From: a virus
Direction: 5' to 3' (one strand)
DNA length: 64,000 nucleotides
Virus record (IMG/VR): IMGVR_UViG_3300042517_000577
Span: 8,166-72,165 of that record
A model generated the notes under the pieces. It saw nothing but the letters and a program-made list of their open reading frames with translations. It searched no databases and had not been told where the DNA came from. Positions 6,795 to 16,600 of the stretch are shown in pieces (the first letter of the stretch is position 1; each line of letters opens with the position of its first letter). The translations under genes and the position numbers were made by a program.

Positions 6795-7553
6795 ATGGCA
6801 AAAGGATTTACTGTAAAGGCAAAACCTCCAGAGCAAGAAGAAGAATCCCTTTTTAATCTAGAGGAATGTAAAGAAAGAATTAAGGGTAAAACAATTGTAT
6901 TTTGTTTACCCGGAAGAGGAGTTTCATATCGATTTTTGAAGAGTTTTGTTCAACTTTGTTTTGATTTAGTACAATCAGGTGCGAGCATTCAAATTAGTCA
7001 AGACTATAGTTCAATGGTGAACTTTGCTCGTTGTAAGTGTCTTGGGGCAAATGTTCTTGCAGGACCAGATCAACTTCCTTGGCAAGGTAAACTTCAGTAT
7101 GATTATCAACTCTGGATTGATAGTGATATTGTATTCAATACTGATGCCTTCTGGGCACTGGTACAGATGGATAAGGACATTGCTTGTGGTTGGTATGCAA
7201 CAGAAGATGGAAGAACCACTTCAGTTGCTCATTGGTTGGATGAAGACGACTTCAAGAACAATGGTGGTGTCATGAATCATGAGATGGTTGATACGATCTC
7301 AAATCGTAAAAAACCATTCACTGTTGATTATACTGGATTTGGTTGGGTACTAATTAAGAAAGGTGTATTTGAACATCCTGAAATGAAGTATCCTTGGTTT
7401 GCTCCTCAGATGCAAGTCTTTGATTCTGGTGAGGTTCAAGATATGTGTGGTGAAGATGTATCATTCTGTCTTGATGCAATTCGTAAATGTGACTTTGAAA
7501 TTTGGTGTCATCCAAAAATTAGAGTAGGACATGAAAAAACAAGAATTATTTGA
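6795..7553 (+). CDS. GT-A fold glycosyltransferase-like protein (conserved in cyanomyoviruses)
   Basis: LWIDSD (DxD motif), VDYTGFGWVLIKKGVFE, GEDVSFC, VGHEK. Confidence 0.8.
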   Translation: MAKGFTVKAKPPEQEEESLFNLEECKERIKGKTIVFCLPGRGVSYRFLKSFVQLCFDLVQSGASIQISQDYSSMVNFARCKCLGANVLAGPDQLPWQGKLQYDYQLWIDSDIVFNTDAFWALVQMDKDIACGWYATEDGRTTSVAHWLDEDDFKNNGGVMNHEMVDTISNRKKPFTVDYTGFGWVLIKKGVFEHPEMKYPWFAPQMQVFDSGEVQDMCGEDVSFCLDAIRKCDFEIWCHPKIRVGHEKTRII

Positions 7554-7704
7554 TATTCTTTGTAATGGTAGAGTGATCTATAAAGATCTCTCTGAAGAGG
7601 ATCTAATGGATGCAATGGATGACCTGTCTCAACAATTTTATGAGACAGGGGTTCCCAAACCAGAGGATCTTATGGTAGAATGTAAAAGTATTGAGGTAGA
7701 ATGA
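7531..7704 (+). CDS. hypothetical protein (57 aa, not in track)
   Basis: MKKQELFDILCNGRVIYKDLSEED...QQFYETGVP. Confidence 0.65.
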   Translation: MKKQELFDILCNGRVIYKDLSEEDLMDAMDDLSQQFYETGVPKPEDLMVECKSIEVE

Positions 7705-7707
7705 ATT

Positions 7708-7851
7708 ATGGCAAAACGTCCTTCATTGAATGGTAAAGTAATCATTGAGAGCAAACCCAAAAAAACTCGTCAAGGTTGTTCTCAAAATACAAAACTTTCT
7801 GCTTCATCTCGTAATGGAGCAAAGAAACGTTATCGAGGTCAAGGCAACTAA
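7708..7851 (+). CDS. small basic protein ending KKRYRGQG (47 aa, not in track)
   Basis: Manual translation; C-terminal YRGQG motif is common in T4-like phages upstream of gp25. Confidence 0.75.
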   Translation: MAKRPSLNGKVIIESKPKKTRQGCSQNTKLSASSRNGAKKRYRGQGN

Positions 7852-8069
7852 TGCTTCAACTTGATCCACAAATCCCAGTCCTGACCCCAAAAGGTCCAGG
7901 CTGGGCATTTTTTTTAATTGATCGTTCTCAAGAACACGACCTTGAATGGGTTGTCTTCCTAGATAATGGTGGATACTGTTGGACTTTTAAAAATTCAGAT
8001 ATTAGAATTCAAAAAAACTTAACTCTTCACAGGAAAGATATTTCTGATTTCGGGATAGCAACCCCGTAA
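7851..8069 (+). CDS. hypothetical protein
   Basis: ORF track; TAATG coupling. Confidence 0.75.
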   Translation: MLQLDPQIPVLTPKGPGWAFFLIDRSQEHDLEWVVFLDNGGYCWTFKNSDIRIQKNLTLHRKDISDFGIATP

Positions 8070-8102
8070 AAAGTTCTAATTCACATCGAATTAGGAAGCA
8101 AA

Positions 8103-8345
8103 ATGTCTAACTTACCAGTAGATCGAAACGAAGATTATATGTACCAAATGTGGGGTACAACAAAACTGACTACAGATTATAATGCACTCAATGAAAAAAG
8201 AGTTCTTCAAGAAATTGTAAATGATGACATTGGGAAGAAGCATCATTTGAAAGAACAAACTGATCTTCACCAGAGAATTCGTAATGATGAAGATTACGAT
8301 GATTGGGAGTATGGAACTGAACCTTCTTATGGTAAACCACAATAA
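8103..8345 (+). CDS. hypothetical cyanophage protein
   Basis: ORF track; MWGT and DYDDWEYGTEP motifs. Confidence 0.75.
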   Translation: MSNLPVDRNEDYMYQMWGTTKLTTDYNALNEKRVLQEIVNDDIGKKHHLKEQTDLHQRIRNDEDYDDWEYGTEPSYGKPQ

Positions 8346-8372
8346 ATATAAGTATTATATTCCTAATATAAA

Positions 8373-8780
8373 GTGCCAGTAGAATCTGCAGTATCAAGAT
8401 ATTTTAAAGATATCAGTTTGTCTTTTAAAAGACATCCTGTAACCAATGATATTGCTGTGATTACAAATGAAGATGCAATTAAAAGATCTGTCATCAATCT
8501 AGTTCGTACTAGAATTGGTGAGAGATTTTTTAATTCTCTTCTGGGATCAAATGTGGAATCAATGTTATTTGAACTTGCAGATTCTGGAATTGTCGATCCA
8601 ATCACAGAAGAGATTAGTACTACAATTAATAACTTCGAACCACGAGTTAATTTAAGGCAAGTAAATGTTGATTTAAGGGCAGACCAAAATGAGATGGAGG
8701 TTTTCATCATTTATGACATTGTTGGACTTGCTGTTCCTACACAAAATATAACCTTCGTATTACAACCAACAAGATACTAA
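8373..8780 (+). CDS. gp25: baseplate wedge subunit gp25
   Basis: FKDISLSFKRHPVTND, GERFFNSLLGS, FEPRV; late promoter AATAAATA at 8341. Confidence 0.92.
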   Translation: MPVESAVSRYFKDISLSFKRHPVTNDIAVITNEDAIKRSVINLVRTRIGERFFNSLLGSNVESMLFELADSGIVDPITEEISTTINNFEPRVNLRQVNVDLRADQNEMEVFIIYDIVGLAVPTQNITFVLQPTRY

Positions 8781-10654
8781 TGGCATTTACTCAATTTACA
8801 AATCTAGACTTTGATCTAGTCAAAACATCCATTAAAGATTATCTTAGGTCAAATAGCACCTTTACAGATTTTGACTTTGAAGGTTCTAATTTATCTGTCC
8901 TGATTGATATTCTTGCCTACAACACTTATATTACTGCATATAACAGTAATATGGTGGCAAATGAATCCTTCTTGGATAGTGCCACACTTCGAGAGAATGT
9001 AGTTTCTTTGGCAAGAAACATTGGATTTGTGCCTTTATCTAGAAGAGCAGCAAAGGCAAATGTCTCAATGTTAGCATCTGGACTAGAAAATACTGATTTA
9101 AAGACTGCTACACTCAAGGCAGGGATTGTTTGTACTGGAAATCAGAGAAATACTTCATACATTTTCTCAATTCCTGAAGATATTACAGTTGGTATTGATG
9201 ATGGGGAAGCATTCTTAAGTGAAATTGACATCTATCAGGGCACATTTTTAACAAAAACCTTCACAGTTGATAATTCTCAACCAAATCAGAAGTATATTTT
9301 ACCAAATCCATACATTGATACCTCAACAATTCGTGTAAAAGTTGCGGTAAATGGTACAACAGAGCAATATTCTTACGTAGATAACATAATTGGCATCAAT
9401 TCTCAATCACAAATCTTCTTGGTTCAGGAAATTTCTGACGAAAAGTATGAAATTTTCTTTGGAGATGGTATTTTTGGTAAAAAACCTGAGAATGGAAGTG
9501 TCATTACAGTAAGTTATATCACTACAGATGGAAAAGATGGCAATGGTGCCTCAAATTTCACATTTTCAGGCACACTAGTTGGGGAAGATTCATCAAATTT
9601 AAGTGGAAGTGTTGGTTCAGTCATCACAAATTCGGCAGCAGAGAACGGAGATAGCATTCAACCTACCGAATCTGTACGTTATTATGCTCCAAGACTGTAT
9701 GCATCGCAGTATAGAGCAGTAACAGCAAATGATTATGAGGCACTTTTACCTTCTATATTCCCAAATGTAGAATCTGTGACTGCTTATGGGGGTGAAGAAC
9801 TCACTCCACCAGAATATGGAACAGTATATTTGGCAGTTAAACCAAAAAATTCTGATTATTTGTCAGAATTTACAAAACAATCAATCTTAAATTCATTAAA
9901 ACAATATAGTGTAGCAGGAATTAAAGTCAGATTTACTGATATTAATGTACTATACGTAGAATTGGATTCTACAGTTTATTATAATTCAAATTTAGTGAAT
10001 TCTGTTAGTGATCTGGAATCGCAAGTTTATACATCACTAGATTCTTACTCAAATTCTTCAGATTTGAATAGATTTGGTGGAAGATTTAAGTATAGTAAGG
10101 CATTGAGATCAATAGATGCTACAAATGATGCTATTACGTCAAACATTACTAGAGTTATAATTAGAAGGAATATTGGTATTATCAAGAATCCAACTAATTA
10201 TGAAATTTGCTTTGAAAATAGATTTAATGTTTCGCCAAGTGGATACAATATAAGATCTACTGGGTTTAAAATTCAAGGAAATTCTAAGACACTTTATATT
10301 TCAGACACTCCAAAGTCCGATTTAAAAACTGGAACCTTATTCCTATTCTCTATTGAAAATAATAAGGTTGTTATTGAGACAACTTCTGTTGGTACAGTAG
10401 ATTATATCACTGGTGAAATACGTATAGATAATATAAATGTAAGTTCTACATCTGTTGAAAATGACATTATTCAAATTGAGGCAACCCCTTACTCCAACGA
10501 TATTATTGCTAGAAAATCAGTATATTTAAAACTTGATGTTGGAAGTAGCAAAATTTCACTTGTGAAGGACATCATTTCATCTGGTGAGAATTCGTCTGGA
10601 AGTAGATTTAACCCCGAATCAAGTTATACAACAGAGTCAAAAATAAGAAACTAA
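8780..10654 (+). CDS. gp6: baseplate wedge subunit gp6
   Basis: LDFD..K..DFDFEGSNLSVLIDILAYNT, ESFLDSATLRENVVS, RAVTANDY. Confidence 0.95.
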   Translation: MAFTQFTNLDFDLVKTSIKDYLRSNSTFTDFDFEGSNLSVLIDILAYNTYITAYNSNMVANESFLDSATLRENVVSLARNIGFVPLSRRAAKANVSMLASGLENTDLKTATLKAGIVCTGNQRNTSYIFSIPEDITVGIDDGEAFLSEIDIYQGTFLTKTFTVDNSQPNQKYILPNPYIDTSTIRVKVAVNGTTEQYSYVDNIIGINSQSQIFLVQEISDEKYEIFFGDGIFGKKPENGSVITVSYITTDGKDGNGASNFTFSGTLVGEDSSNLSGSVGSVITNSAAENGDSIQPTESVRYYAPRLYASQYRAVTANDYEALLPSIFPNVESVTAYGGEELTPPEYGTVYLAVKPKNSDYLSEFTKQSILNSLKQYSVAGIKVRFTDINVLYVELDSTVYYNSNLVNSVSDLESQVYTSLDSYSNSSDLNRFGGRFKYSKALRSIDATNDAITSNITRVIIRRNIGIIKNPTNYEICFENRFNVSPSGYNIRSTGFKIQGNSKTLYISDTPKSDLKTGTLFLFSIENNKVVIETTSVGTVDYITGEIRIDNINVSSTSVENDIIQIEATPYSNDIIARKSVYLKLDVGSSKISLVKDIISSGENSSGSRFNPESSYTTESKIRN

Positions 10655-10655
10655 A

Positions 10656-13600
10656 ATGAATCAAGATAAAAAAGTAGTCAAAATTAGTGATGTAGTTGAG
10701 AATCAAATTCCAGAATTTATTCTTACCGAAAATCCAAATTTAGTCGAGTTCTTACAACAATATTATATTTCTCAGGAATATCAAGGTGCTACTATAGACC
10801 TTGTTGAGAATTTAGTAGACTATAAAAATTTTGACAGTTTTGATTCTACAAACTTAATTAAATCAACTGTAACAACTCAAGAAGTTTCTTATTTTGATGA
10901 TGTCATCAATGTAGATTCCACACACGGTTGGCCTAGTCAATATGGTCTTCTCAAGATTGACGATGAGATCATTACCTATACTGGAATTGAGGAGAATTAT
11001 TTAACTGGAATTTGTACGATATCAGTTGGATCTAACGTTGCCTATGTGTCTGGAATAGATACCAGTTTATACATTGGAAGACCTTTTAATATACCATCCA
11101 TAAACAAAACTCTAATTATAGAATCAGTAGATTCTACGTCTGTTACTTTATTAAACACTGTTTTAGACAGCACCTCTGATTTTGGGTATTCTGATACCAA
11201 TAATTATGCATTTTATATCAATAGTCCCAAATTTACTGGGTGTATCCGAGGATTTAGTGGAGTAGAATCTCTTTCTGATCCAACATCACCAGAATATCTG
11301 AAGTTCTCTTCTTCCGAAGTAGACGAGCACGAAAATACTTCAACAGTTTATAATCTAAGTAACTTATTCTTATTAGAATTCTTCAGAAAAATTAAGTATC
11401 AATTTTCTCCTGGGTTCGAGGAGTTTGATTTCGACCCCAGAATTGATGCTCCCAATTTTATTAGTAAGGTAAAAAACTTCTATCAGACCAAAGGAACAGA
11501 CGAAGCATTTAGAATTCTGTTTAAGGTTCTGTACGGTGAAGAGATTGATATCATCAAACCAAAAGACTTCCTATTCACTCCATCAGATGATCAGTGGATC
11601 GTAGTAGAGAGATTTATTGGAGAAGCAGTTAATGGTGATCCTTTAAAACTAAACGGACAGACTTTATATCAGGATCAGTATGCTTTCACAGGTGGTTTGT
11701 CTGCAAATGGTTCAATCTATAAAGTAAGTTCAGCATCACTAGATGGAAATCAATATTATAATATTGATATTTTCTCTGGTTATTCAAATAACTTAAATCC
11801 AAAAGGATCTATTTTTGGAGAGTTTAAAATTACTCCAAAAACATATTGTACCGAAAATGTATTGGCAGGTAGTACAACTATTCCTGTAGTTTCTACAATA
11901 GGATTTCCAAAATCAGGATTTTTAGTTTTTGGAGATCTAATTATTGATTATCAAGATAAGACAAATACTGAATTTTTAAATTGTTATAATATCACGGAAG
12001 ACATTAGTTCTTCTTCTGCGATATATGCCGAAAATTTTGCATATTCTTATGAAAATGGTGATTCTGATAAGTTGGTAAAGATTAGATTATTAAATACTAT
12101 TTCTCAAATTGACACTTCTAATACTATTCTTGCGACTAAAAATGATTTATTAAAAATTGATAATATTGGCGAAATTAAAGAAAATAAATTTACCAAGTCA
12201 TTAGTTTATAATATCCCATCAATTATTACTGTAGGTAAAGTATATTCATCCATTCCTTCTGGTAAATTTGGAATTAATAAAAATTCAGGTCAAGTAAAGA
12301 CTCAATATAAACATTATTTGAGAAATGGAGATATTGTAGAAGTTTATAGTAAAACTTTAAACCAAAAATTATATGATGCTGAAGTCAGTAATGTCACCGA
12401 AAAGGGATTTACTCTTAATGGCACTTCGCAATTGTCTATCGGACACAGCATTAAGTTGTTTAGGAAGGTATTCAAATCATTTTCTTCCAACTATCCGGAA
12501 GTAAATCAAAAGTTTTCTATCAACATTCAAAATTCTTATGAAGACTCTGATAACTATTATTTGACCTCTAACGGGTTCAATTTAGGAAATATTAATTCTT
12601 ACAAGAGAGAGTACACTCTTGCTCTAGAAACCCCTTCTGCTGGCATCTCCACATCAATTTTAGGAAGTCATCAACTCTATGATGGAGAACTAGTCACTGT
12701 TTCAAATTATACCATTCAAGTGGTTCCAGGAACAGTTGGTTTTAGAAACAATGTTGGGATCTACACAGGTCTGTCTTTATATGCTAAAAGGATTGATTCC
12801 GACGAAATTAAATTAGCATTTACAAAACAAGATTTGTATGATGGAAATTATATCAATTTTGCAGAAACTATCTCAGAATACAGTACAGATTTAACTGGAT
12901 ATGTAAAAACTATTAAATTGACACTATCCAAGTTATATGGAAATCAATTTACTAGTTCTAAATTATTCAAGAAAATTCCAAAGGATTTAACCTATTCTCA
13001 AGAAAAAACTTCTACTCCATCTGGTTCAATTGGAGTTTTTGTGAATGGGATTGAAATACAAAACTATAAATCATTTGATAAAGTTTATAGTGGAGAAATA
13101 AAATCTATTGATATTTTAGATGGTGGAGATAACTATAGTTTATCAAATCCCCCACAATTTGATATAGATTATGGTAATGATACCACTACTATCTTAACTC
13201 CAAATTTAATTGGAAATATCAAATCCGTCTCTGTTCTCGATCCTGGGTTTGATTATCTAGAGACCCCAATAGTAAAAATAAAGGGTGGTGGGAACGATTC
13301 AGTTAGAACTGAGGTAAAGTTAAAGAAAATACAAAAAGAAATTTCATTCAACTCCCAAGATCCGAATGTTGTTATTACAACTGACCCAATCAATAAATTC
13401 GTATTTGAAGATCCTCATAGATTAGTTGTGGGAGATGCAGTAATTTATGAATCATTTGAAAATACTCCCATTGCCAACTTACAAAATAATGGAATTTATT
13501 ATATCTTCGACGTTGGAGCAGGAACTTCATTTAAACTAGCAGCAAATAAGTTAGATGCATTTGCTGGGATTGGGACAATTAATATCGGTTCTGGAGGTAA

Positions 13601-16600
13601 GGGTCTTCAGAGATTTACTTCGGTGAAAACTGTTAGTGTTATTGATTCGGTAAATGTAATAGATTTGGAGACTGAATTCAAATACAAAAAACTTCCACTA
13701 ATTAAAGAAAATGTCAATCATTATGATGATATACTTGAGTTTGAAAATCACGGATTTTTAGATGGTGACGAAGTTGAATATTCATATACTGGAACTTCAA
13801 TATTAAGTACAGCAAGTTACTATTATGTCATTAAGATTGATGATAATAAATTTAAGTTATCTTCAACTAAAGACTTATCAACCCCAGTAAATATCAGTTC
13901 ATCAAACACATCTAGCGTACATTATTTCTCATATTCTCCTATTAGAGCACAAATTAAAGGCAGAATTACTAAAGTTGGGGTCTCTGAAATAGGGTATTCA
14001 GCAGACCTTTTACCAATTGTCACTGGATCCATAGAGAATGTTAATGTTTGTAATTCGAAGACATATAGCAGCACTATATTAAATTTTGAGAAACCACCAA
14101 GAATTCAAGTTAAAAAGGGAAGATATGCCTCAATAAAACCAATCATAATCAATGGAAAGATTGTGAAGGTCTTAATTCAAAATCCAGGTGAAAACTACTT
14201 CAATAATATCAGCATTCAAGTTATTGGATCTGGAACTGGAGCAGAATTGCAACCCATTATAACAAACGGTCAAATTACAGACGTTAAAATTTTAAGTCCT
14301 GGAATTGGATACGATCAATATACAAGACTTTTAATTAAGTCAGATGGGTCTGGAGCATCATTGAAGGCAAATATAACTCAATTAAATCTAAATGAAGTTT
14401 CAAAATACTCAAGTTCTATTTTAAATAGAGGACTTTTAGTAGGTCAAAAGCAAAATGCCAATAGAAATACTATAGGAGTATATTACTTAACTCCAACTCT
14501 TACTACAGAATTCGGAATTTCAAGTGATGCTCATTCAAAGATTATTGGTTGGGCCTATGATGGATGTCCAATCTATGGTCCATATGCATATGAAAATGTG
14601 GATGGCACTGGAAATATTATCAGAATGACTAGTAGTTATAGAAAAGTTAAGATTTCTCCATCAATCTCAAATTCAAGCACTTTAGATTGTGCTGAAGACT
14701 ATGTTTATAGAGGAGGAAGGGGAACACTTGATGAATTTAATGGAAGATATTGTGTAACCCCAGAATATCCAAATGGGGTATATGCATATTTTGCAACATC
14801 AACATTCCCCTATTTTATTGGACCAAACTATAGATACTCACCTGTTATTGATAACTTTGACCCACAACACACTCAAGACCTCAATATAGGAGATTTGGGC
14901 ATCTTCAAACATACTTTCCCATATTATGTTGAGGATAAAGATAATTACTATGATTATTTCGACTTCTATCCAAATATTTACAGTGAAGATATTTCTGTTA
15001 TAGATGTATCGGAAGGAACTGTTGACGATATTGAGATTATTGCTGGTGGAAGAGGATATTCTATCGGAGATAAAATTGTCTTCAATAATGAAGGAACTGA
15101 AGGATTTGGTGCAAGTGCAGAAGTTTCGGAGTTGAGGGGAGTAGGAATAAGCAGTGTATCATCAGAAACAATAACATCTTCTGACGCGACATTTATCCAG
15201 AACGGGGACACTGTGACTGTAATTTGCAATGCCCCTATAGATCTTCAAGATGAATTCTATGTTAATATAGATGGAATTTCAAATTCTCTCTATTCCACTT
15301 TAGAGGGAAATAAGAAAATAACATTTACTGAATTTACAACAAAATTAAGTTCAAATCTTTCTTCAGGAACTGGTGCAGTAACTGAAATTAAAGTTACTGA
15401 TTCGATTTCTATCTTTGATATAGATTCTCAAATTAAAATTGGAACAGAAACTCTTACTGTAATTGGATTTGATTATATTAATAACTCAATAGTAGTATCT
15501 AGGGGAAATGATTCCCTCTCTGCATCTGCTCAAACAGAAGTTACTTTACTTCAGAATAAGTTCCAATTTAAAGAAAGTAAGGATTTAAATATTGCCACAA
15601 AGAATGAGACTTATTACTTTGATTCGGAACTAATTTCAATTGGTACTGACCTTGAACCAGCAGGTGGAAATACTATTACAAAAACTCCTCTAATAGATGG
15701 AAAGTCCGAAACTAGATTTGTTAGAAATGGTGCCATTTGGATGCCAAATCACAAGTTCAAACACGGAGAAGAGGTAACTTATACTAGAGATCCTGACTCC
15801 GATTTCATTAGAATTGATGATTCACCTAGCACACTACTACTCGATCAAATTTCTCCTTTATATGTTGTAGATTTAGGGAATGATTTAATTGGATTTGTTG
15901 ATGATAAGACAAAGATTAATTCTACAGATGATTTATTATTATTCGTATTTGCAGGAACTGGTAAGCAACATAAGTTAGTTACTAACAGATCTGTTGTTAC
16001 AGGTGATGTTCTATTCAACCAAACTACAGTTTATACTAATTCACGTCATAATTTACTTGTTGGGGATGTAGTGAATATTGACTTAACGTCAAAAGAAACC
16101 ATTCTGTATACTGTTACCAGAAATTCATCAACTGCAAAATTACGTATAAATTCTCAAAATAATCCAGAATTAGTTACATATCGAAATCAAACTTTGGAAT
16201 TTGATACCTCTGGACTAGGTTCTTCAGAATTCAAATTATATCTTGATGAAAATTTTGAAAATGAATATCTTGGAAATAGTGATACTGGTCTTGAAGTTAT
16301 AAAGACCTCTGATAAACTAACACTTACTATATCAGATAACACACCATCAAAACTATATTATAACCTAGAAACTACCAATGATCTATATCAAGATCTTTCT
16401 GTGAGAAATGGAAACAGTATCCAAATAATTCCAAGTAAATACTCTTCAATATCAACTATTGTTGATAAGACAAATAGAACGTACACAATTAACTTACCAG
16501 TAGAACCTGAAGTTTCTGAATACTTAAGTGGTGATTTTTCGGCAACTTATTCAGTATTAAAGTCTAATGCAACTGGTTCAATAAAAGATGTTAGAATTAC

